From Camelus dromedarius (taxonomy: Eukaryota), in assembly GCF_036321535.1 (NCBI RefSeq), contig NC_087472.1, positions 90,832,001-90,896,000 on the forward strand: a DNA stretch of 64,000 nt, in the 5' to 3' direction. Made by a program: the position numbers and the translations under genes. Shown one piece after another: positions 1 through 12,062 of the stretch; position 1 is the stretch's first letter; each line of letters starts with the position of its first letter. The notes under the pieces are model-generated. The model was not told the DNA's origin and did not search any database. It saw nothing but the letters and a program-made list of their open reading frames with translations.

Positions 1-415
1 CAGAGAAGCAGTATGTGAAGCTGTAAGAGCTGAGAATCTTCCAGAACTGGAGTGATGTGAGCCTTTAAGGAAATGGTCTCCAGAGAGAAATTTTAAACAT
101 CTGGGAAGGCCTGTGTAGAGCAATTGGTATTCTTTACAACTCAGCTTTGGGAAGCCCTGGCTGAGTTCAAATGTTATATTTTTCACAGGAAAACATAACA
201 GAAATGCAGTGTGTTGTATATGCTTAAACCGTGGTTTCTAAACAAGGACACTTAGAAATAACTCAGTAAAGGAGAGCTGTGTGGAAGAACCTGACCCAGA
301 GGAAGACCTCTCTAGAAAAGGTAGTCTCCTGTCAGTGACCCTGTGAAAAGCAGGCAGGAAGACAATAATCATTTGTTGTACTATCCTGAAGTCCATGTCT
401 AAAGACACCGTTTTC

Positions 416-416
<1 letters not shown>

Positions 417-447
<31 letters not shown>
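417..447 (+). repeat. Pure A31 tract
   Basis: Directly visible. Confidence 0.97.
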
Positions 448-449
<2 letters not shown>

Positions 450-869
450 CAGCTTTCAAAAAGGATTTCGTGGGTGACCCGATCTGATAGAAGAATTCTG
501 AAGAGGAGTCCATAAAAAGATGTCATCAGTTGGGATATTTCAGTGAAGGTGGATTTCTTATAGTCAATACTTCAATGGAAAAAAAGTAAAAGATAATTCC
601 TATCAAATGAAACCTTGTGAACACTGGATGCTGCTTCAGATTCATGACAACATTTAGGTAATTATCATTTAAATGGTCAGAAATGGGATGTAATTAATGT
701 GAACAACTACGTACACTGGTTCACACCCAGAGGACCGATGTGCAGAATCTGGCCAAGGGAAAACTTATTTTGATAAATTTCTTATTACTGCTTTGTCAAC
801 GCAGATTGCTGTGAAACAAACTGCACATATAACTCTCCTTGAAGATTGATAGCAAGTAGGATTTTAATC

Positions 870-3210
870 AATACAGATAGGAGATTACATTTCCTGTAAA
901 TGGAAAAGATCATAGATTTTCCTGCATGACTTTAAACAAATTCCTAGAAAACTTGTAACGTTAGGTACAGGGTAGAGCTTTAAACAAACAAAAGACAGCA
1001 CAGATTGGATTGAAATAAAATCTTCCATGTAGAGAGTGACCATTTTAAAACTGGGCATCTTGGAAGACAAGCCATCCCCTGCGGAACGTTCATTCCAGGT
1101 ACGAAACAACAGAAGATCCCATGTCACTAACAGGAAACCTGGTTATGAGACTGTCTTCCTTTCTCAAACTGGACAATGGGAAAACCCTTCTTGCCGACCC
1201 ACCACTTGCGTCGCATGTCTTTTCTTGTAGATAGAGATCTCCCACATTTGTGGATAGGACATTCTCTCACCTGATAAAATGTCATCTGTGAAGAACAGAA
1301 ATCTTTCCTCTTATTTTGGTACTTATCATAACTAGAAGAAACATATCAAGAGTTCTAATCAGTCACTGGGTATCAAAAGACAGAAGTGTCCTTAATCGGA
1401 AATGCATTCTCAGCAATTCTAAAGCAAGAAGGAAATCTATAACCCTAAATGTACTTATTAAGAAGCATAAAAAGAAAAAAGAAATGACTTAAGCATTCAA
1501 ACTGAAAAGCTAGAGGAAAATCCACAGTAAGTTACAGAACATTAACGGACATACAAGGAGACTAGAATAACTGAAGAGCTTCACCACGTTCCTGGATGTG
1601 AAGACTCAATAACACGAAGTCAGTTCTTCCCAGTTTAATTTATACATTCAATGTGATTCAAGCACCAGATTTCAACAAGGATTCTCATGAAATAGGAAAT
1701 TTTGACACTAAAATCATAGGCATAATCAGATAGATCTGAAGAGCCAAGACAATTTGGAGGCAGAACAAGTGGGACTGAGAGGGCCTGCCAGACAGCAGTG
1801 TATTTAAATACATAGTGTGGAATCTGCACAGGGACACAGATAAACAAGCAGAAGAGAATTGCTCAGAAGCACACTAGTGTACTTCTGGATGCTGGATGTA
1901 TTGTAGAAATACCATAGAAATCAGTGGGGGAAAGGTGGACTATACAATTAAATGGGCTAGCTTAGGAAGTTATCTTTGTGCGGGGGGTAAAATAAGGTTT
2001 TATGTTCACACCAAGCACAGAAGATTCTGGGTAAATTAAAGTCCTAAATGTGAAGAACAAAATTTTAACCTTCAAAGTATAAGTGTAAGGAAGATTTTCC
2101 TAAACAAAACATAAAAACCAGAAAACATGGAGGACTATTTTGAAATTAAAAATTATTGTGCAGTAGGATGCTATGACTAAAGATAAGCTGTGCTAACACA
2201 CGGGTAGGAGATATTTGCTGTGCACATAACGGGCAAAGGATAAGCATGTAGAACACATCCAGAACTGGAACTAGAAAAAGACAATCCCGTAGGGAAATAG
2301 ATTAAGGAAACATAAGAAGCCATTTAACATGAAAGAAGTCCAGCCTCATCAGTAATCAGAGATGTGCTCATTAAAATGCACCCATGACCCAGAACTTCAA
2401 TGTTTGGTAACACGAAGTATATCATGAGATGTGGCCAAATGGAGACTCTCACTCACTTCTGCTGGGAGAATGAATTGGTATAAAGCCACTTGGGGGAGCA
2501 ATTTGGTGATCTGTAGCAATGTTGAAGATGTTGCCAGAACCCAACAATTTCACATCTATGTATATTTTGTAAAGAATCTCTTAAACAGGTACCCAAGGAG
2601 ACAGGTAGAAGGAAGTTTATTGCGTCATTGTTTGTAATAGTGAAAAATTGGAAACAACCTAATGTTCATTGACAGGAGAATGTTGTTGGCATATTCAAGC
2701 AGCAGAATAATATCTTACAGCAGGTAAAATCATGAACTATTATGTGTCAACATGGATAAATCTCCAAAACGGTCTTGAAGGCAAAAAGCAACTCTTAGAA
2801 TGGTATGTACGTTCTTAAAGTTCTTAGACATAAAGTTTAAGAACACGCAAAATGATGCTATTAGATTTAATCACGTGAAATGGCCATTTTTGTAGCTTAA
2901 AAAAAAGCTGACTATCAGCATCTCTATTAAGTTCAACCTAGGGTTTGTGGATGCACTCATGGTAATGATGGACGTAGAATTCAGGATGGCATTATCTCCT
3001 TGGGGACATTGGTGGTGGGGGGACTGGTACCATATTAGGGAGAGTACATGGAGAAGCTTCTGCTTGAACTGTCATATTTTATGTCTTCAAAAATTTTTGA
3101 AGGAAATATGGCAAAGGTTAAATTTATTAAAGCCGTGTGGTCGGTACATGGGTACACTCTTACTGTGTTCTTATACATTGCTGTTGAAAATAGTCGATTT
3201 TTTTTAAGTA
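870..3210 (+). mobile_element. Ancient degraded L1 (L1ME/L1MC-like ORF2 and 3' end)
   Basis: A-rich decayed L1 motifs (e.g. ...cacgttcctggatgtgaagactcaata..., ...aattggaaacaacctaatgttcattgacagg...). Boundaries approximate; may extend to the window start. Confidence 0.65.
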
Positions 3211-3572
3211 AACCAAAGTGTTGATAGAGGTATAAGAATTATAATCTTATGACGTTATTAGGAAATATTTACAAAATGATGAACTCCTTTGCTGCTTCAT
3301 TATGTAAACATAGCACTCATAAGGCTTTTAGTATAAATCAAAGATTGAAAAGCATCTCCCCTCACACACACCAGACGCTTCAATTTTTTTTTTCCCTAGC
3401 ATTGCTAAAATCGTCATCATAAAAACCATTCATTAAGTGCCTCTCTTTTGCTTGCTACTGTGTTTGGTGGTGGTCAGATATATCTCTCTGGCATTTTATA
3501 AGAAATCTGGTGATGATATTCAGGGTTTTTTCCTTTTCTTTTCTTTTTTTGTACTTCTTTGATGCCAAACAG

Positions 3573-3816
3573 GAATCTGCAAGCAGAATATGATCGTCTC
3601 AAGCAGCAGCATGAACATAAAGGCCTGTCCCCACTGCCGTCCCCTCCTGAAATGATGCCCACCTCTCCCCAGAGTCCCCGGGATGCTGAGCTCATTGCTG
3701 AGGCCAAGCTGCTGCGTCAACACAAAGGCCGCCTGGAAGCCAGGATGCAGATCCTAGAAGACCACAATAAACAGCTGGAGTCACAGCTACACAGGCTCAG
3801 GCAGCTCCTGGAGCAA
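3573..3816 (+). CDS. DMD: Dystrophin exon 75 (C-terminal coiled-coil region), 244 bp
   Basis: Pyrimidine tract and AG at 3571-3572, GT at 3817. Translates [81 protein letters not shown], recognised as dystrophin. Size matches human exon 75. Confidence 0.98.
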
Positions 3817-4683
3817 GTGAGACCTGCAGCTCTCTAACACGAGATAGTCACCAAAATTTACTTTCCTCTCTTAAAACTATAATGTAGAACTCTGAGTCCT
3901 TTTCAGAAATGCAGCGAGCATCAGTTCGTTCAGTACCTTGGTATGTGCTAGCGAAGTGCTACATATCAGGGACATAAAAAAAAAGTAGGAAAACTAGCAT
4001 GTCTTTTTATATTTACTCCAGATTATTTCCTGCATAAATGTGTATTTGACCGATTGAAAATTCATGTTGGAAAAAAATACCGAAAGGTTTCCACTAGTTA
4101 TGTAAAAGTGAAAATTTTGCCTCTTGAAGTGGAACTCTTTTTTGCAATTAGTCTTATTTTCTGGTATGTCTTTGGGTTTTTTCTTTTGATAATCCCTAAA
4201 ACATAATTTTTTAAGTCTCCATGAAAAATGCAGCAGGCTACTGCATTGTAGGAGGCCCTACCTTACCTGTACATAGTCCTGACTTTTCTGGGAATTTTAA
4301 ATTTTCAGGTATGTTCTCTCCGTCTTATTAGTTAATACTTCATAGAAATATGAATTCTCCATTACATTTTTGTGGCCTCGTATGATTTCACCATTCTCCC
4401 CTGACCTTCTAAGTCTTTCAGTTGTTTTCATGACTTTTATGTATCTTATGCCACTGTAGCCGTGATGTTTTTCAAACTTGTAAGGGGACACAATTCAGGT
4501 ACAAAGACAGTATCCGTGGAGCTTATCACCAGTGAAACTTCCCTATTTTAACCATCTTTGGGAGGTTTCTAAGTAGGAAAGCTCATAATTTCTGAGTCTT
4601 GAGTATCTATAATAGGTTTATGTTTATATATTTGTGTGTTTATTATGAAAAATAATAATTCTATTTTCTTTTGGATGCCTTAG

Positions 4684-4807
4684 CCCCAGGCAGAGGCCAA
4701 GGTGAACGGTACAACAGTGTCCTCCCCTTCTACCTCTCTTCAGAGGTCCGACAGCAGTCAGCCTATGCTGCTCCGGGTGGTTGGCAGTCAAACTTCAGAA
4801 TCCATGG
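4684..4807 (+). CDS. DMD: Dystrophin exon 76, 124 bp
   Basis: TAG acceptor 4681-4683, GTGAGT donor at 4808. Translates PQAEAKVNGTTVSSPSTSLQRSDSSQPMLLRVVGSQTSESM(G), in phase with exon 75. Confidence 0.98.
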
Positions 4808-4889
4808 GTGAGTGTCCGTCTTTGCTGCTCTTGGAGTTTGTTCTCTCTTAAGGGCTGGAAATGGTGCACTGTTTGCTCAGAGGTTTTAA

Positions 4890-6250
4890 TCATCCAGTAA
4901 ATTATCCAGTATCAGTTCTGGACCAGGCATTGTCGTAAATGCCTTAGGGGTACAAAGATGGAGACACTGTTACAGCCCTTAAAGGGCTGGCTACTCAGTT
5001 ACTCAAAACAAGGCAGCGTGGTATTAAACTTTCGTGGATTTTGGAGACCAGAGGCGGCTTTTCTGAGGAACTGATATTTGTGAAGGGTTCTGGAAGATGG
5101 AATAGAAACTGGGCATACGCCAAAAAAGGGGTAGTGTAACTGAAAATTTAGAGACCAGGGCCGTGGGCTGGAAAGAGCCAGTGGTCCAGTTAGTAGAAAG
5201 ATAGGGTCCAAGCAGGAAGTGGGGGGAAGGACGGCTACAGAAGAAGGTTGGGGTCACATTATAGTGACATGACTGTTGGACAGAGATGTTTGGTCAGTGT
5301 CAGGGAGCCACTAAAATACACTTAGCAGGTAAGAAATACCTTAAAAAGAAAGGATTCCAGCAGCTTTCTCTGTCCTAAAGTAAACTGTTTATCAGCGGAG
5401 ACTAGTTAGGACGCAATCACAAAGGGCAAGGTATGGGGGTTCTGAGGACCCGTGCTTGAGAGATGTCTGGGATGGGAGGCGATGACTGTGAGACTTAATT
5501 GAAAATAGGGTACCCAAGGCCAGGGGACTGGCGGGAAAATGTGGAGGAAAGGAAATGAGGGGAGAAGAGCTGGTTGGAAGAAGGTAGTGATCCTTTTGAA
5601 TGTGGAAGTACTGTGTTTGAGGAAGTGGTCAACGGGCAGTCTGCAGAGACTGGAGAGAGACCTCCACAGAACTGATAGCTGAAAGGTGAGAGATGAGCAA
5701 TAGACAACAAAGGTGCCTGAATACAGTACCCTGGAGAGGACCTCCGTTTGGGTGATGGGGTAGCGAAGTAGTGCGGAGCAGTGTTGGAAGTTGGAGAATA
5801 AAGTAATAGCCTCCAAACGGAGAAGGAACTTTAAGACTGACAGATGAAACAGGCAACTCTGTAAAATAAGAAATACGAAGTTTATTGCAGTAACTTACAC
5901 ACAGGTAGGATCAGGTGAACGGTGATCCCAAAGCATTCCCGGCTGCACTCCCTGCCACGGAAAGCGGTGCAGGGGGACTTAAAGCGGCCAGAGCATGTCT
6001 GCAAGGATGGAAACGGGGGGCTTTTCTTTCCCCAGAGGTTTCCTGACCAGTAACCATCTGTCAGCAAAAGGCATTCTTCCTGTTTTCAAAAAGTTGAGAG
6101 GGAAGTTATCCGTCTTGGGTATGTTCCTTGTGAGGAGGCTACAGCTCAAGCATGTCGGGGGTGGGGCTGATGGTGGAGGTGACAAAATGGAGTCACTGTG
6201 GTCCAGCTGCATCAGCAGGCTTAGCTTGAAGGAAGAAGATGTGGGCAGTA
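4890..6250 (-). mobile_element. L2 LINE fragment
   Basis: Purine-rich + strand with antisense L2 3'-end pattern (...ccaggcattgtcgtaaatgccttaggggtacaaagatg...). Boundaries approximate. Confidence 0.6.
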
Positions 6251-8179
6251 GGTCAAATGTGGCAAAGGGCTCAATCACACTGAAAATAAATTACAGCTCA
6301 GTGGATCACTGTTACATGCATTAGCCACTTCTGAGAAAGCATTTTCAGCTAAGAGAAGGGAAGTTGGAGATTTTTTTCCCCAGTGAAAGAAAAGGTCAGG
6401 TAATACTGAAAATGAATATGGCTTGAAGACAGTGAAGAGACCCCCCCGTTGGAACATTATCGAGTAACACAGGGAAAAAGTGTGTTGAGGAAATGGGCAC
6501 TACGGCCTGGTGTCGTTCTTCAGTGGTGTTCTCTCCCTGGGACTGTGCTCTAAGAAAACCAGTAGTTCATGAGGCAGATAAAAGAAGGTCAGAACAAGTA
6601 AAGCACTTTGAAGTGGTAATGAATCCATTGTTACAATGACCATGACAGGGGTGGCCAGCCATCTGCTTACCGGTCCATCCCCCTCCTTTCTCTTCCTCTT
6701 AAGAGCCTGCAGTGAGTCAGCCCCATGCTTCCCCCCCCCCCACCCCGGGTCCTAAACTGGGTTCCCTTGACCCTCCTGACCTTACCTCACAGAAAGGAAG
6801 AAACATGAGTCTGATTCACACTTAAAGCTCTGTTGCCTGGGACCGTGGTGTGTTGAATTCATTTTATGCTTCAGATCTTCCATGAGAGTAGACTGTAGAG
6901 GCGAAGTGCCTAGTCAAAAAGGAAAGGTCAGAGGTGTCGGTGAGTTTTAGGGTGGAAGATTAGGGTAGGGGACCACGGTCAGGAATATTCGGAAGTTGGA
7001 CATCAAAGAAGTAAAATACTTTCCAGCGATGCGTGTGTCTAAGCTGTAGCCTCCCAGGGAACTGCTGCTGCGTGGAGGTGACTGAGGCCGAGCAGTGTGG
7101 CTCTTGGTGCTGGGAAGGCCAGGGCTGTCGGGAATGGGGAAAGATTCCTCAAGATACTGAGGAAGGCAGATGAGGGCATTGAGACTAGAGAACTCAAACT
7201 GTGAAAAAGGAGGCAATACTGGGCGCTGTTTTCCCGGCTCTACCACACGTCGGTGACGGCGAGCAGTCTCTGCGTCCGAGTCTCTTTCTCCAAGTGAGAG
7301 CTAGTGGACTGTTGGGACCATAAATGACAGCACAGCATATGAAAAAAATATTACATGCCTTTGTAAAGTCTATGAATTCCCAAAAAACGGAGTTTTAGTA
7401 CTCTGCTATTTCCTACTGCAGGATTTTTCCCTTAAGCAAAGTATGTGAAACTAAGTTGCATATTTTAGTGGTGAGACGCAGAGCCCCGGGTGCTTAGAAG
7501 CATTAATTATTTAGGCCTGTCAAGACTGGCAAAAAGGCGGTGTGCCCATGAAAGCACCCAAATTATAGTACCCATCCGGCCATGGGCTGGGTGATTTGTG
7601 GAGCTGAGAGGATTGTGGCAGGAGGACAGAAATGCTTTTTCCAGTGGCTGAGTTGGGCTAAGAGAGAACTTGCCAAAATAAAACAGATAGGCTCTGTTGT
7701 CAGTACATTTGTTCTCTGAGAAGACTGGATTCAAAGGTGAGTTTTTTCCAACTGGACGAGCCAACTGCATTTAAGAAGGGAAAAGAACCCACCATCTTCT
7801 TGAAGGATGCACACAGGTGTGTAAAAAATGGAGTGTGCATCCTCATGCGATAAGGCTGGGGGTTGCTGAACCATATTCTGGTAGAGTTGCACTCTTTTTG
7901 TAACCCCAATAACTTTTTAAAGAGATGTATGAGTGAAGTCATATTGGATGATAATACTCATCACTGGTAAGTCTGTCTCGTGTATACATTTTTAAAAGGG
8001 GACAGTGTCCTCAGTTCTATTTAAAAAGACAAATGAGCAGTCTAGCTTCTTTTAGCTCATTTAGTCACGTACACAGGAGTCTGACTCCTTCACTTCTACC
8101 CAATCACTTTGTAAAGAATATGTTATATTGTACTTATTTGCTTACTTTACACAATGTTAAAAGGGTCCTTAGCTTCTTA

Positions 8180-8730
8180 GTGTAGAATAATTTCAGACTT
8201 AGGGCAGAACTGCAATTAATTTAACATTTTGCCATGTTTGCTTTATTTTCAGTACCATGTTTATGTTTATCTATGTGTTAACATCGTTATACACACAAAT
8301 ACAAATGAATATATACTGTGTGTGTATATATATATATATAGTTTGACTCAGTAAAGATTAAGTTTCATACATAATGATGTGTTAACATATAGATCCTGTC
8401 TTACATAATCACAATAGGAAATTAACACTGCTACTGTTATCTAATATACAATTTAAACTCGAATATCCCCCCTCTGCCACTAATATTCTTTATAGCGTAT
8501 TACTTTTTTCATCCAGGATCCAGTAAGGGGCCAAGCTTTGCATCTAGATGTATGATGCTGAGCCTCATAGCCTGTAGGAGAGGTCAGGCCAGTTGCTTTG
8601 TAGAATGTTTCTCAGTTTCAATTTGCCTGCTTGTCTAGGCATGATCAGATTCAGGCTAAGTATTTTATGCCACATTACTTACCCCATGGTGATGATGGTG
8701 ATGTTGTGTCCATCACGTTAAGGCCATCCT
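8180..8730 (-). mobile_element. Old L1 3' end (L1MC-like)
   Basis: Antisense L1MC-type 3'UTR pattern, similar to 39270-40120. Confidence 0.5.
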
Positions 8731-8799
8731 CAAGATTGCCAGCCCAGAACTCTCTCCCGAGTGTCTTCTGGAAAATATAGATACATATGATAAGGTCCA

Positions 8800-9200
8800 T
8801 TTACCCCTCCCCTGGCTATTATACTTATCATTGTAAGACTTCTGCATTTTACATGAAGTGGTACAATATTACATCTAAGTAGACTGTGACCCCTTAATGA
8901 TGTATATTGTAATACCTCGATCAACTATTAAAATATAAGTGAAAGACACAGCAAATGCCAGTAGATACACTGAAATGGAATTCTAAAAAATACTGGAATA
9001 ATCGAAAAGAAAGTAAGAGAGGGGAACAAAACAAGCCAGACATACCAAATACACAGCACATAATAACATGGCAGACCTAAAACCAACCATGTCAATAATA
9101 GACTGTACAGTCCAATATAAGTCAGAGAATATCAGAATGTATACAAAAGCCAGACCTAACCATATACTGTCTATAAGACAGGTACTTTACTTTAAATTAG
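8800..9200 (+). mobile_element. Old L1 fragment (inter-ORF region and ORF2 start)
   Basis: MADLKPTMSII... resembles an L1 ORF2 N-terminus, preceded by a typical spacer. Confidence 0.55.
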
Positions 9201-10791
9201 GGAGTGGGGAAGGGGAGAAAGACATCACACATCATGATAACACACTTTGAATACATCTCCCTTCTGGGTAAGTCCCCCTCTCCCGGAAACGTAAAGGGGA
9301 CTTCTTTAAACAAAAGTGTGTTACTTAGTAACAGTACAGTTTCACCATTAAAGATAATATGTAGTTCAAGTCAGAATATTCTAATGTTGTAATAGTGACA
9401 GGCTAATAGCTTATAAATCTAGTATGAAGAATAAAAAAAAGTAGTAAGAAATAACAATAACCAAAGTAATTTCTTAATGGATATACAAGGTAAAAAGGTG
9501 TAAATTGTGTTATCAAAACATAAACCACAGTAACCACAAAAGAGAAATAAATCTAAGCATAACACTACAATCTTCAAATGACAAAGGGAGAGAGCCATAT
9601 AAGACAAGCACAGAGGAACTACAAAACAGACAGAAAACAATTTTAAGTGGCAGTAAGTACATACCTATGAAAAAGGTACTTTACATGTAAATTGACTAAG
9701 TTCTCTAATCAGAATCTATGCAGTGCCTAAATGTATTAAAAAACCGCAAGACTCACCTGTTTGCTGCCTAGAATAGATTCACTTTACTTGTAGAGACTGA
9801 GACTGAAGGGATGGAAAGAGATAGTCCATGCAAATGAAAATCAAAACAAACCTGGGAAAAGCTATACTTCTATCAAGCAAAACAGACTATGAAACAAAGA
9901 CTATAATGAGACACAAAGAAGACTATCACATAATAATTAAAAGGTCAAACAGGACTCTAACATTTATAAATATTTATGCACCCAACATAGGGACACCTAA
10001 ATATATAACGCAAATATTAACAGACCTAAAGGGAAGAGATAGCAATACAATAGTAGTGTGGGACTTTAATACCACTCTTATATCAATGGATAGATTATCC
10101 AGACAGAAAAGTCAATAAGGAAGCATTGGACTTGAACCATACATTAGATCACATACACATATACAGAACATTCCATTCAAAAGCAACAGAGTACACATTC
10201 TTCTCAAATGCACATGGAACATTTTCTAGGATACATCATAGGAATGATGTTTGTTAGGCCACAAAACAAGACTCAATAAATTTTAGGAAGATTTAAATCA
10301 TATTGAGCATCTTTTCTGACTACAGTGTTATGAAACCAGAAATCAAAGACAAGAATAAAACTAGAAAACTCACAAGCAGGTAAAGATTAGCAACATACCA
10401 CTGAACTACAATTGAATTGATGAAAAAAATCAAAAGAAACTTAAAAACATACCTTAAGACAAATGTAAATACCATGTACAAAAGTTATGAGATGCAGCAA
10501 AAGCAGTTCTGTGAGGGAAGTTCATGACAATAAATGCCTGCATCAAGAAAAAAAAAAATGTCGGGGATCAGCCAACATGGCAGAGTAGGACACTCATAGT
10601 TCACCCTCTCCCACCAACACTCACATCTACAGACACACCCAGCCAACCAGAGCACCCATCGCCCTCTTCAAAAGACAAAGACATCACGAATCTGTTTATT
10701 CCTGCATATTCTTTAGATAGATAAACTCCTTAAAGACCACAACAGATAACTGATACTCCTTAAGCCACAGTGCCAGAGAGATAGGAGTGAC

Positions 10792-11670
10792 ATGAAGAAG
10801 CAGAGGAACCACTCCCAATTAAAAGACCAAGAGAAATCCCCTGAAAGAACCATCAATGAAATAGACCTTGATGGACTGCTAGATCAAGATTTCAAAAAAG
10901 CAGTGATCAAAGTACTGAAGGAACTAACACAGATAGTGTTTAGAGATATAAAATGTCAAAAATGAAATTGCAGCTATAAAGAAAAGCCAAATAGAATTGG
11001 TAAACTCATTGGCTGAGATGAGAGCTGACCTAAAGGCTGTACAAAGCAGGCTAGATAATGCAGAGGAACGAATAAGTGACCTAGAAAACAGGACACCAGA
11101 AAGCACCCAATCAGAACAGCTGAGAGAAAAACAAATAAAAAACAATGAAAACAATATAAGGGACCTATGGGATAATATAAAGTGTGCCAATCTACGCATA
11201 ATAGAGGTTCCAAAAGGGGGAGAAAGAACAAAGGGGATTGAAAAGGTATTTGTAGAAATTATGACTGAAAACTTCCCAAACCTAAAGAAGGAATCAGATA
11301 TCCAAGTACAGGAGGCTCACAGGGTCCCAAACATACCCACACCAACACATATCATAACCAGGATGGCCAGAGTCAAGGATTAAGAAATGATCCTAAAGGC
11401 AGCAAGAGAAAAGCAAAGAGTGAGTTACAAGGGAACCCCCATAAGGCTCTCAGCTGATTTCTCTACACAAACACTACAGGCCAGAAGGGAGTGGCAAGAT
11501 ATATTCAAAGTCCTGAATGAAAAAAAGATGCAGCCTAGGATACTCTATCCAGCAAAGCTATCCTTTAGAATAGAAGGAGAGATAAAGAACTTCACAGATA
11601 AGAAAAAACTAGAACAGTTTTAGCAACCCTAAACCTATGCTAAAACTAATATTGAAAGGTCTACTATAAA
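10792..11670 (+). pseudogene. L1 ORF1p, disrupted
   Basis: ORF-track fragments 10997-11383 and 11387-11623 (ENFPNLKKE, PIRLSADFS, PRILYPAKLSF). Frameshift near 10950 and an in-frame stop at 11381-11383. Confidence 0.9.
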
Positions 11671-12062
11671 TAGAAAAGCAGCAGGATGCTACAGAAATGA
11701 GAAACTCATAACTAGAAAGGTGAAAACTACCATGAATTACAAATAGAATAAACAAAATTGTAAAAGAAGACAGCTAAATCATTAAGAGTGGGAGAGGGAA
11801 GCAAGAAAACAGAGTCTTTTTCTTTTTTAAATTTTTTGTTCTTCGTACCATAGGTTTGAGCTTCTATTACTATCTGTTTCATGTTTCAATTATAGTAATG
11901 GGTTAATAGACTTTAAAAAAGGGTGACCACAAGCCAAAAACTTACAATAGAGTCACAAAAACTAAATAAAATCCAAGATAATACAAAGGAAAATTACCAA
12001 ACCACAAAAGGAAGAAAGGAACAAAAAGAAAATGCCAAATCAACTGCAAAAATAAGTTCAAA

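Noticed and set aside
3559..3837. 92 aa ORF as a stand-alone gene
   Set aside because: It is DMD exon 75 plus flanking intron; splice sites at 3573 and 3816 explain it.
10545..10562. Clear TSD for the young nested L1
   Set aside because: Both flanks are A-rich (aagaaaaaaaaaaatg vs aaaagaaaata), so a TSD cannot be called with confidence.
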